A DNA stretch of 63,182 nucleotides, filler included, from Choristocarpus tenellus KU-1152 (Eukaryota; Protista; Phaeophyceae): assembly GCA_964200185.2 (NCBI GenBank). It is 9 parts of 9 records of this genome, joined end to end, with 100 filler letters (N's around TTAATTAATTAA, not from the genome) between each part and the next. Parts side by side here need not be neighbours in the genome. Positions count along the whole stretch, not along the records: positions 29,679 to 34,045 come from CAXNAD020014884.1; positions 34,146 to 37,445 come from CAXNAD020020940.1; positions 37,546 to 43,486 come from CAXNAD020009358.1; 6 more parts are not named here. One strand, written 5' to 3'. A program made the translations under genes and the position numbers. Below the pieces are notes generated by a model. The model saw only the letters and a program-made list of their open reading frames with translations. It made no database searches and was not told the DNA's origin. Below, in pieces: positions 29,877-41,666 of this stretch. The stretch's first letter is position 1. Each line of letters starts with the position of its first letter.

Positions 29877-32800
29877 TCATGTAATCCCTCTTTGGCATAT
29901 CCCCAAGTTTCGTTTCTGACGTTGCGACTAGTAATATGTCGAATTCAATTAGTATCACTTCTTACCTGCATTTCTTCGTTCTGCTTAAGCTCATACTCCT
30001 TGAAGATGGCCCGGGCCAAAGTAATGGATGCTCCCAATTTCAGGGCACTCTCTCCCAATACCAGTGCTTCCAGCAGTAACCGTGCCGACTGAAGTCAATT
30101 TTGAGGCATTAGGATTGTGAATCAGGTATTGTGGAGGCTGGAGTATCAAAATTCACTCTCTGTCAAGTGGCTATGCATTTAGAGTCACTCAAGCACATCG
30201 ACGACTACACCAACATCAAGAAATACTTTAAATATAGTGTGGCGTTAGTAACAACAGGTTATTAGGACAGCAAGGGGAAGTGCCTTACACTACTCCTATT
30301 CAAAACTATTGTAGAGCCCACGGTGATTGATGGTTCAAGAAGATGAGTGCAACCTCCCAGTGCTGCATATCCACAGCATTTTTATTAGTACCAAGTACCA
30401 TGTATGACACCCAAGGGTTGCCAAATGTACCACTGCCACAACAGGGCGCTTCACATGTCTTACAAGCAACTAACTCCAACCCTATGATGAACTTCTTTTT
30501 AGAGCAAAGAATAATCCGCATTATCAGACCACAAATACTATAACCACTCTTGTACTCTATACCTTGGCACTGAGTTGATTCGATTGATATTGTTGGTAGG
30601 TCTCACAGAGCCGATTACAGAAGTACTGCGCGAACCTGCTCGTCAAAGGATCAAGGAAAAATACAGTTGGAGCCTTACACAGGTTCTTAGTTAGTAGGCA
30701 GGGCGGTATTGGGTGCAAGGGTCAATTGATGACGATGCTGACCCCCTTGTGCAAGGCTCCCTGTGACACAAATGAATCACAGCAGATGGCATTCTTATTT
30801 CCGTTGGGAACACACTGACTTTTGTCCTTCGTGAGAAAAAAACAAAAAAAGGTTTCTATATATCAGTCAGACATATGATACAAAGTAGATCTCAGCACCG
30901 AGCTTGCTTTGCTTGAATGAAAGCATTTGTGAGTGAATAAAAACGAATCTGCACACAACGTGCTCCCCAATATGTAGCACTTTAATGTCAGTTGTGTAAC
31001 ACTGCGACTCCTTCAACAAAATGGTATACTGAACCTCACCGCATATCTTCCAGACACTTTGCCTTGGCCCTTTTCCTCTCTTTGCCCTGATCATCCTCAA
31101 ACCGTGGGTCGTCGTACACCACATCCTGCAGTGGGATAGGTGTTGCGGGTTAGATTGCAATGGTTATCCTCAAAGTCCCCTTTTACAGTGTTGCAAATTG
31201 TACCCTGTAAGAATTTTCCAGCATCTACCCTGTGATGCAACAGTCGCCCAGCAAGGTGAGCAAGTGAGGGGGTATATGCTATGAATTCGATACTATCCCA
31301 ATGGCACCTGTGTGATACGATGTACAAAGATGGTATCCCCGTGCTCGTCCTGATCCATCACCCATTGTTCTGCCCCCTCAACAGCGTAAAACATTTTTCC
31401 TTTTTGTCAGGAGGCGGCATCATCAAGAGTGATTTTACAGGAGTGGAGGAAAGGTAGTGAGGTAGCAACCATGATGGAAGATTTTGAATATACATGTGCC
31501 TGCAACTCTCAAGAAACCTTGCATTGTTCACGAGAGACTCCCCCATGCTTACAGCTCTGCTTCCCTTGAACCTTGAGGTATAGCCATTGTTGCCTGGTTT
31601 GTCAAAAAAACTGCTTGCCGGGCACTTAAGACGATTTTTTGTAATCGACTGTGGTCTGCAATTCTGTATATTCCAATTTTACTGTAGCTCACGGCATGCT
31701 ATTCTCTCACTATGTGATGTATCCATTGCCTTGACAGCCTAGTCTACCAACAGTCCCGACACAATGCCTTTGGGGCATTAAGGTGCACTCCCAAACTTCC
31801 ATGTAAATTATTTCTATCAATAATCTTTGCATCATCCCTCAAACTCCATGTCAATATTAGTATACATTACGAAGAATTGCAGAGCTCTGTGAAGATAGAC
31901 TCTACTGTGATACTGTCGGACTTCAAGGGAAGATGCATATCCATACTCTGACCTGTTTGTGGGTCTAGCCAGCGCATCTTTGAGTTCTCGTTGTCGTATA
32001 GGTATTCCCACCTGACCCAAACACAGGGCACCAAGCAATATGCACATGTTTATTCACTTATATTATATGTAGCATGAAAGATAGAACAGTGATGGAGGTA
32101 TGGAGGCATCCAAATTAGACACGGTCAACCACTAATATTTGTCTTTTTGTGTGTGTGTTTCGTGCTAGTAAATGGCCAGAATTTTTGCATTGTTTTGACT
32201 GCTGAGAGTGTCCAATCTGTGCCTTCCGTAGACTAAGTGCTATTTCGTGGTCTGGCGGGTGGGGGTTGCGAAAAAGTGTCAAGCAGGGTTCAAACCCTTG
32301 TTGTTATGTAGGCACCTTGAAATAGAACATATATTTGTGTGTGCTGAATCGGTTGAGTGATGAGTTTTGAACTTCATACATGCCTGCTCTCCCTGTCAAA
32401 CAGGTGTTGCTGGAGGCGTCGTTTCTGTCCTAGCATTTCCTTCTGTTCTCTCTCTCTTGCAATGATGGGATCGATGTGATTCTTGTAGAGGACCCATGCA
32501 TTGTTCATCCACAATATAATTCGATCCTGATATGAAAGGGGTTATTCATATTCACAAAACAATAATATTTTTAGCATGGGTTCGGCTGCTGATGGCAAGG
32601 ATTCAATATAGATAGAGATATCTTCCTCCTTTCACAGACTCTACCATCCAATTGACGATAGATGCAGGGCTATGGAAACAGTTGGAGAAGCCACACGAGC
32701 CATCAGGCGACGGTGATCCTATCCCACCACTCTGTGCAGCGATCTAATGTACTTCCTCCTTTGTAAAACACGCGATAACCCTTGACGGTTTTCAGACTCG

Positions 32801-33021
32801 TGTCTGATAGATGGGTGCAATTTAGTTTACCTCAACAGTGCGTTCAGGAGTAGGCCTGTGGCAACAGTGGATCCAACAAAAGCCTAAGAACTGCTTCACA
32901 ATACAAGCATTTTGATGGACCGAATTGATTTGAGGCTCAGACCTTTTCATTCTCGAGGTCTAGCCACTCGCGCCCCCCACTGCCATACTCCACGCGGTGC
33001 TTGCCCCTCTTGCGATGGAAT
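29877..33021 (-). CDS. Uncharacterised multi-exon gene with Tudor-like and WW-like motifs, 3' part
   Basis: Chain of short exons with splice signals, e.g. 32943-33021 (FHRKRGKHRVEYGSGGREWLDLENEK), ~31951-32011 (WEYLYDNENSKMRWLDPQT), ~31040-31125 (DVVYDDPRF...), 30563-30635, 29966-30088 and final 29877-29915 (KRNLGICQRGIT*); phases consistent for the last eight exons. Confidence 0.6.
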
Positions 33022-33073
33022 CTGAGAGTAACAGCAAAAACAAAACAAAAAAGAGTCAGAGTGGTGCAGGTCT

Positions 33074-33131
33074 GGGTTAGGGTTAGGGTTAGGGTTAGGG
33101 TTAGGGTTAGGGTTAGGGTTAGGATTAGGTT
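33074..33131 (+). repeat. Interstitial (TTAGGG)n tract
   Basis: About 8-9 GGGTTA units inside a contig, in a probable intron. Confidence 0.9.
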
Positions 33132-33498
33132 TGGATCGTTTATTACACTGAGGAGTAGGGCATTAAAAAATATATATTTTGTATAGGCGTGGTTACAAGT
33201 GTCATAGCTGGCTTTGAGGTGTCAAACTTGCTACGAATAGAAGGTTTTGGACGGGTATTGAGGACTGAAGGCTATGTTCAAAATCATCTCATCTTCTCGT
33301 TTTTTTTGGGGGGGAGGGGATTTCTACTCAATGATTGTGAAGGAATTGAGCAACGTTGGGAGTGTGAGTGAAAATCGTATGTATTAACAATTAATAACAT
33401 TCTGATGCCCCTTGGGGGCAGTTTAGTGCAAGGTGATGAACTGCTTCAATGTTCTATAGAAGGAAGTAATCTATATGTGTGGGTACCCATCCATTTAT

Positions 33499-33630
33499 AA
33501 GTCTAAGTATCTTAGAGGGTAGAGTTGCATCCGTTTGGGGACCAAAGTCCATTGTTGCGATTTTGATGTAATTCTGGCTATTGTGTGTTATAGGAAGTGT
33601 CAGTATCCTTGTTCCAGACACAACTCTTCA
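33499..33630 (+). mobile_element. MITE family A, left-half fragment
   Basis: Left TIR and about 130 bp of homology, then truncated. Confidence 0.75.
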
Positions 33631-33698
33631 GCAGTCAGAGAATACCGACAACTATTCCTGAAAATGATGCCTCGAGCACAGTAGAACAAAGGAGTACA

Positions 33699-34045
33699 GA
33701 CTCAAAGTATCTGGGTGTGGGGGGTGGCAGCTGTCCATTTGGGACCCATTTTTCCATGTCGAGGTTTTTGGATGAATTTGGTTGCATGTGCCAGATGGAT
33801 TTATCTCAAAGTATCTGGGGGGGAGGCGTAGCGGCTGTTCACTTGGGGTCAATTTTTTCATGCCGCAATTTTTGGGTGATCTGGTTGCATACATCAGATG
33901 GATAATGTAAGCACACTTTTCCTGGTTATTGTCCAAATGGACACCCTGGTGTAGACCCCCCCCCCCCTTCAGATACTTTGGGTCTAATGCAAGTGCACTT
34001 TTCCTGGTCCGGGCCGAAATGTACACCCTCGTGTAGATCCCCCTC
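33699..34045 (+). mobile_element. MITE family B nested pair (inner copy 33803-33984 inside an outer copy)
   Basis: Outer copy breaks at GATGGA and resumes at TAATGCAAGTGCAC after a complete inner copy. Confidence 0.8.
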
Positions 34046-34145
34046 NNNNNNNNNNNNNNNNNNNNNNNNNNNNNNNNNNNNNNNNNNNNTTAATTAATTA
34101 ANNNNNNNNNNNNNNNNNNNNNNNNNNNNNNNNNNNNNNNNNNNN

Positions 34146-34208
34146 GAAGCCAAGCCCCACAAATGGACAAACAGGGAAAAATTCGTACCCTCTAAGATAG
34201 TTTCACTC
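34146..34208 (+). mobile_element. MITE family A, right-end fragment at contig start
   Basis: AAATGGACAAACAGGG...TACCCTCTAAGATAGTTTCACTC. Confidence 0.8.
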
Positions 34209-36782
34209 GAACCCATCTATCCCAATCGTTTCAGAATACAGTTTTCACCACAAGGTACTATCGCGTAATATATTCAATATCGATCACAGTTGTATTACTC
34301 ACCATCAATAGTATGTTGTTCCAAACAAAAGCACCAACCCTTCAATTGCAATCTTTTTTCTCAATCCGTTACAGGTCACTCTAAGCCACCAATCTATTTG
34401 GTTCCGAAACAGAAGGGGATGGGCATAATCATGTGGTACTTATTTACTATTAGTATCGTTTCATTTCAGGTCTAACGTTCTACCCAAAAACTACAAAAAA
34501 CCTCCATCCTCCATACGCACAAAGGAGTTTGTTCATCTAATATTTGTATTTCCAATTTCCAACGTCGGAGATTTGTTACATGTTGCATTACAACAAAGAA
34601 TAATTGTACATACACAAGAGTTTGGTGTTGTTGATCAAATATCTCATGTTACTTTCCATTTCCAACGTCAAAGATTTGTTGCATGTTGCATTCCGACAAA
34701 GAACAATTGTAATGCCCACCTTGGGTGCCTAGAATTTTCCTTTTGCGATCGGTTCAGCCATTTCACTCCTTGTACCTCCACCTCTCCCCTCAAATCTAAT
34801 ACTGTATTCCTCTCACAGCATATAATCGGCTTGCATCAGGCGCCACTACATCGCTTTCTTTTTCTTGTGGTTTACTACTGACAGAGTGGAGTCAAGAGGA
34901 ATACGAAAAAATATGGCGTAATCGGGAAATATTGGTTTCCGTTGTCCTCATGCTATCCATGGAAAATGTGTTGTACTTGATTTCCTCTAAAAAAATACCT
35001 TATGTGGACCAACTTTGAATGAACATGTTTCCACGCCAGAGATAAACTAAGTAACACTGTAGGCATTTAATAATAATTGAGTTGGATTCGAACCTCAATA
35101 AATCGGTTGTCTTGCCGTCCATTGTTATAGGAGTAATATCAATGGGCAAACAATATGCCCATGGGGACCTTAGCTGTGGCGAGATCAACGGATTGGGAAG
35201 GTCAGTATAAGACCTTTTTATATGGTATGACTCATGAATTATTGTATCTAAGCATTGAAACAAATTAGTATTCTAATCTTCCCTTCGGTGTAGAGAGTAT
35301 ACATAGAAGGAAAGGAAAAGAGTCTTGTGTATGTATGTTTTCAATTTTTGTGATCATTTTATTTCCACAGCTTGTTTTGATTTTGAGTGTGGAAGGGGAA
35401 GAACCAACGGTTCCTCCGCACAGAACCACAGTTTTTATGAATCTGTAATCGGAACCTCAGTGAATATCAAGTTCGAACTAATAATATACAATATACTGAA
35501 TTGCAAATTCTGTCAGTACCAAACAGTTTATCAATAGCAGTAGAAGTTTGTCTTAGGTAGGGACTCCCCACTCAACCCCAATACAAGGTTCGTCCGCGCA
35601 GAACCACACTCAGTTTTGTTATATATATATATATCTCTATACAAAACCACAGTTGTGAACAAGTTCGAACTAATATTTTATAATTCAAACACTTCGAGTA
35701 CTACGCGTCCACCCACAGTTTTATTGAGGCACACATTCAGCAGGAATCCTAAGACCATTCAACTAATCTTTGCACCTAGGCTCTACGTGCGCAAGTGCCA
35801 GTGCTGATATCTACGTTGCACGTATCCCTACTCCCTTGTCGGAATCGGGCTGCATTTTTCTGTTCGAGAGGCCCACAAGCACTGCCCCTGACCATTTCGT
35901 GGGTAGGTGCAACCCAATATCCCTGAAGAGAGGCTCAGTACTGACCACGATACCTTACTCCTCCTCACTGTATCAGTAGGAAAATCTTTGGTATAAGATA
36001 GAAGCGGGTATATTCTGGGATGCAAAACAACTAATAGGGGTATATCTTGACTCGGATACGACTTTAGCACATGGACACCATCGTTCGACTCCTCAGATCT
36101 ATTGAACTACTACTCAGTCCTTGCGATAGATGGCAGACGACCCCTCGAGTGGTGGCTTTGCTAGTAGACTTTTAACCAGAATTTTCGCTTCCTAGATACA
36201 ATACGCTACAGTGACGACCTTGTCTCCCCGTCCGACCTCCCCCCTCCATTTCCACAGCGATCAACTGACATCTACAAAGTTTAGAGGCTCAACAGTTGTA
36301 AGATGGGGAGAGGTAGACTGGCAGCAATTGGCAGGGATGCTGCTCTGAATCTCTCTCGTGGAGCACGTGAGTCTCAACAGGGCCCCTGTCCCCCTCGATC
36401 CTTGGAATTACCAACAGTTGCACAATCCTCTCTCATGGGAGTCACGACCAAAGTGTGAGGAACCTTCTTAACCCCAAGGCTCAGACCGGAGATTTGTTGT
36501 CCCTCACGTCGTGTTTTGTGTGGAGGAAGAGCAGCTGCAATCACAGCATCTAGTGGGCAATGAAAATGCATGGCGCTTGGGAGGGATGTTGGACCAGTTT
36601 GGAGTTCTAATATTCTCCACATTGATGCCAAGTGTTGTTGAGTTTAGATATTAGATTAGATTCGACCACAAGTAAGTGATCGCTGTCAGGTGGATGGTTT
36701 AAGTCTCAGGGAGTCATGGTATTTTGCGTTGATATAAAGCGCGGACAAGGAGTTTAAAAACATTTTTATAGTTACGACTGCA

Positions 36783-37314
36783 ATGAAGGCGAGGACTCTA
36801 TGCAGTTGGACATCGGCCTTTGTGCTTTTGGCTATTGTGCCATGCAGTACATGAACCAGAGTCCTTCCCATGTGTAACAAGCCCTGTAGTGAGTTATCTT
36901 ATCCCTCATCCTAACATTCCGCAGTTCAACTCTACTACCCCCTCCCCCTCCCTCCTAACCCTCGTTACGAAGAGGACATGCATGCTGAAGATCCCACGAA
37001 AGTTCAATATGTGGACACCCCCAAAGCCTAGAGTTCCTGTTCAATGACCAATGCTTGAAAAAGAGTCCCACAACATCCAACATGCTGCCAAGCAGGCTTG
37101 GTTTCATCAACCACCCGACAACATGCCACTGTGAGTTCTGTTGGTGGGGTCAAAGGTGCCGTGCAGGTTGCAACAGTACTTGGTACCATGTCAATTCCGC
37201 ACCAGTTGGACCTTGATGCCACAAGGACTGCGTTAAACGCCTTTCAGGATGCGGGGCACTCGGAGGTGGACACAGCCCTCATGTATGAGGGTGGGGAAAC
37301 TGAGAAGGCCCTGG
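36783..37314 (+). CDS. Aldo-keto reductase, AKR7/aflatoxin aldehyde reductase-like, first two exons, 3'-partial
   Basis: Exon 37096-37314 has TVLGTM...FQDAGHSEVDTALMYEGGETEKALG (catalytic Asp/Tyr in DTAxMY) and a gtgagt donor; probable signal-peptide exon 36783-36846 joins in phase 1. Confidence 0.8.
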
Positions 37315-37629
37315 GTGAGTCTAGGTCTGATCTTGGAGAAGATGAGGGAGCATTGTTAATATCGTTCGTGGTCATGTCGAGAATGGGGGGGGGGGGAATG
37401 GGATTCGTTGGTTAGACTCTCCCACACCTTGGAGAGCGGGGCAATNNNNNNNNNNNNNNNNNNNNNNNNNNNNNNNNNNNNNNNNNNNNTTAATTAATTA
37501 ANNNNNNNNNNNNNNNNNNNNNNNNNNNNNNNNNNNNNNNNNNNNCCTTGAGCAGAGAACTTGGCACCTTTGACACTTCCACAGTGGTACTCACGCCTAG
37601 TGTTCAAGAGGGGTAACTCACACCACATC

Positions 37630-39286
37630 ATGTCTGATGCTACTACTCCCACACCCACTGCAACAGCTCATACCAGCAGCAGTACCAAGGAGAGGTCAGC
37701 AACACAAAAAGGGAAGAAGAAGACGACCTATACAATGCCAACCCGAGGAGGTAATGAGGGGGGTACTATAAAGGCCCAACCTCAACCGAGTCCCGCGTCT
37801 ACGTCTGTAGACAGAGGCATCCCTGGTGGCTCGCTAGAGTAGGAAGGGATGGCGACGCAGAGGGTGAGGGAAGGCCCTGCCCGTAATCCGGGCCTGAACC
37901 GGTGCAGCGTGTTAGGAGAAGACCAAGAAGAGAAAGGTAAAGACATTGTGGCAGTGACATTCGACATCCAGACATACGTAAACCGCCAACTCGTCTATAC
38001 CAAGAAGATTGTCGATGAAGCAATGGAGGGGACTCCACACGATCAAGGTTTGGTGGCTGCAGCTATGCAAACGCTGAATATGAAGATGAGTAATTTGTTT
38101 CCAGATTCAATCAACCCGCCTGCTTCTGATCACCCCCACTGAAACCCCCTAGTTGTGAAATACCCCTCGCATAAGGACTTACCCCCAATGCATTTTTGGG
38201 ACGTTCAAGAGCAAGGTTGTCCCCTGGTAGCTAACTTTGGGAAGTTACTCATGATTTTCAAGAATCGAGTAGGCACTATTGCCATGGTAAATAAATCGTC
38301 TGTGGAAGCAAGCCAGATTGCTACATATGAACAAGTACTTGGGGATATGTGATGTGCCTTTTCCAACATCAAATTCTTAGAGGTACCAGTCCCGACCAAG
38401 CAAGTGTTCGATCGTTCTATGAAATGTTGAATGTAGCCTATTCGGAGGAATTTGTGAAGGCAAGTCTGAAGGAATTTTCCGTACCGAATCCCTTAGACAG
38501 AACCTCTTTCGCAACATGAATGATATTTGGCAGGAACCAAAGGAGGATGTTTGGGCATTTACAAGGCGGGTAATTGAGTCAATTGATTCTTTTGTACGTG
38601 AGTTGAGAGTCAACCCGCATGGCAGGTGTGACCTCGACCCAGTTGACCTTACCCCCACTGCCCTGATTTCCCTTCTCACGGACAAACTTCGATACTGTGC
38701 GTTCAATGTCGGTGTGTTACCTACTATTCTAGGAGTTTTGCGTTCGAATCCTCAGAGTTACGAGAACTTCGCAGCACTAGTTGATGCAGCGGTTGCCCAA
38801 GCGTCTGCCATGTCGAGTCTGGATAGAGGATCGTTTGCCCACGTTGTGACCTCCAGCATATCCGTCGATAACCTGGAAAATTTACATCCGACAGATTTAC
38901 GATTCTCTGACCTTGGTCCGCTGTTGACTGTGGCAAAGTCTCTTGCAGGCGATCTGGATAGGGCTAACACCGAAATTCGCCTACTGAAATCGAAGAGATG
39001 TACCCACGGGTCTGACAAATCTACGCGATCATTCCCCTCAACCTTTTCCGAGCCCTCGGATTCCCGCCCAGTGTGCGATTTGAAGTTACCAGCAAAATTT
39101 GTAGTTGGTCATATTTCCCCTGTCTCAAAAACATATGCCCTGTCAGATACCCCAGTAAGTGCAGTTGCAGCCACACCCTCTACCCCTGAAGAACTGAAAC
39201 AGGCTAGGGAGGAATTGAAGTTGGTTTTTTCTAAGAAGGCTTTTACAAATACTCAACTGACACTTTCTGACAAGAGGAATCACTAG
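37630..39286 (+). pseudogene. gag-like region of the Gypsy element, interrupted by stops and frameshifts
   Basis: Run of ORF pieces (to 37842, 37849-38142, 38155-38352, 38516-39286) after the PBS; Q.PKEDVWAFTRRV capsid-like motif. Confidence 0.65.
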
Positions 39287-39291
39287 ATATA

Positions 39292-39740
39292 GTGGCTAAA
39301 TTCAGACCAGTCTGTTCATTATCTGAAAAAGAAATAGGTTGTTGCACCACTACTTCGGTTGAGTTTCCACTACAACCAGGCACTAAACCGGTTAGTAGAC
39401 CACCGTATCGCGCGGCACCAAAAATACGCGACACTATTCGACAATGTGTAACTGATATATATGGAGAAACAGGATATTATAAAACCCTCATCTAGTCCAT
39501 GGGCATCCCCTTTTACCATTGTTGCCAAACCCGATGGATCACGTCGATTTTGTGTGGATTTTAGAGGAACCATAAATAAATATTTGATACGTAATCCATG
39601 GCCTTTTGCATCCATGGATGAGTGTTTATCCACGTTGGAGGGTTCAAAATATTTATCTTGATAAGATATCCAATCACCCTATTGGCAACTACCAATAACT
39701 GATGAATGCGAACGACAAAAAACCGCTTTCATCATGCTAA
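39292..39740 (+). pseudogene. Reverse transcriptase N-terminal fragment
   Basis: PVSRPPYR; IIKPSSSPWASPFTIVAKPDGSRRFCVDFR; YLS**DIQSPYWQ; KTAF; frameshift near 39455; no YxDD and no RNase H follows. Confidence 0.9.
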
Positions 39741-39779
39741 AGTGGCAATGACTCTGAGCTCTTTGCAAACTCCATCAAT

Positions 39780-41636
39780 GTGTTCCCTGTAATTGATACG
39801 GAAGTTCTAGCCAAGGCCCAACATGAGCAGTTTGAAGCTTATTTTCAATACCTGGCAGACCCAAGCAATACAGCATTACTCACTAAGGAAATGGCTTACA
39901 CCATGTCATATTTTTTCACTCAAGAACGAGAAAATAAACTTTTACCCTACCGGTCGTATCAGCCTGGTCACCTTGGGAAAAACCGAGAATTTCGGGATCA
40001 GTTAGTAGCCCCAACGGAGGTTCAGGGTTTAATTTTACGCGCCCTGCATTACCGTAAAGTTGCCGACCATCTTGCTTTTAAACACACCTTTGATCGAGTT
40101 CGCTATAGATTTTGGTGGTCAACCTTACCTAAAGATGTGAGGAAGTGGTGTGAAACTTGACAGTCCTGTCAAAGGCGTAAGATCTCACACACTCTCACCC
40201 CATTACCAACAGGACATATGCCCGTCATACGTCCATTTCAACTACTTGCTATTGACCTAGTTAAATATGAGACCATGTCAGACGGTGCAAAATATGTGCT
40301 ATCCGCTATAGACCATCTTACAAGATTCAAAATCTTGGTTGGCATTGCAAATAAGCAAGAAAAAACAGTGACTAAAGCTCTCGTCGACCGTATTTTTTCC
40401 ATCTTTGGTCCTCCTGAAACACTCCACTCTGACCGAGGCAAAGAATTTGAGAATAAACTCCTGACTGAGTTGCGTAAAGTGTATGGATATCGTAAAACCA
40501 AGATAACGGCATATCGACCGCAAGGCAATAGTATATGTGAGCGTATTCATTCTACAATGCATGCTATTCTGGCCATGTATTCAAATATGGACCAATCTGA
40601 CTGGGCCTCATTATTGCCCTTTGTACAGCTAGCATATAATATAGCCTACAATGCCACTGTTCAAGAAACCCCATTTTTTCTAATGCTTGGGAGGTGCCCA
40701 ATTTTACCAGTTGATCTTATTTTGGGGGTCCCTGAGGCCACCCCCATAACTGCACAAGAATATAGTATGAAAACAGTGGAGAATTTACAGCTAGCCTATG
40801 AATTAGCCCGTCGTAATAATGTTCATATTGTTTTAAGGAACGAATCGAAGAACGTGAACCATAAACTCCCACTATACGAACCCAGAGATAAAGTTTGGCT
40901 TCACAAACCACATACTTCAGCTGATGTACCAAACCCCAAGTTATTGTCCCCATGGAGAGGCCCTTATGAAGTGAAGGCACTTATAACACCTGTTGTATAT
41001 CGCGTAAAACGCTTGGAAGATCGACGGGAAGTGGCAGTTCATGCGGCCAGACTTAAACCCTACAAGGAGGGTAAAGCCACAGAGCCAGATATAGATGCCC
41101 TTAATTCACTCTTTTTAGGCCGGATCTTACCTGAACCGGATCTTGATCAGGGGTCAAAGACACAGTCAACTATTGGATCTTACCATGTAGAGGGCATTGT
41201 TGATCATAAACGTGGGGTAGGAAAAAAGACCACCCGCAATTATTTGTACTGGCTTCGCTTTCAAGGATATTCACCGGCCAGTGATCTATGGCTCAAACCC
41301 GCTGAAATACCTGAATGTACAGAGATGATCGCAGCCTATAGGGATGAGAACAAGTTGGACCTCCCTACTGCAAGAGCCACTGACCAAGCGACTTGTCATA
41401 ATCAAGAGACACCTGCCACTACAACAGCCGAAGAACTTGTAGTACCGCCAACCGTACGTCCACCAAATAGCAACCAAGCCTCCTCTAATACTTGTGGCAC
41501 CCCTCCTTGTGGACCGAAAAGTGCGATGCATTCCTCGATTCTAGTGGGTTGCCGGCCTGGTGAGTTGCCACCAGATTCTACAGATAGAGAAGATATTTTT
41601 TCTTCACTACAAAGATGGTCGAAGCGACACCGATAG
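39780..41636 (+). pseudogene. Integrase (HHCC zinc finger, D,D35E core, GPY/F) plus chromodomain
   Basis: H..H..*..C with TGA at 40158-40160; AIDL / SDRGKEF / NSICER with 35-residue D-E spacing; WRGPY; chromodomain YHVEGIVDHK...YWLRFQGYSPASDLW at ~41181-41340; 40218-41636 is open. Confidence 0.92.
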
Positions 41637-41666
41637 ATTCTGAAGACCATACCTAGGCTCAGTCCG

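Noticed and set aside
32915-33000. tRNA-like look on the minus strand
   Set aside because: Better explained as coding exon 32943-33021 with good splice sites.
33074-33131. (TTAGGG)n as a chromosome end
   Set aside because: Short, internal to a contig and flanked by unique sequence; an interstitial microsatellite.
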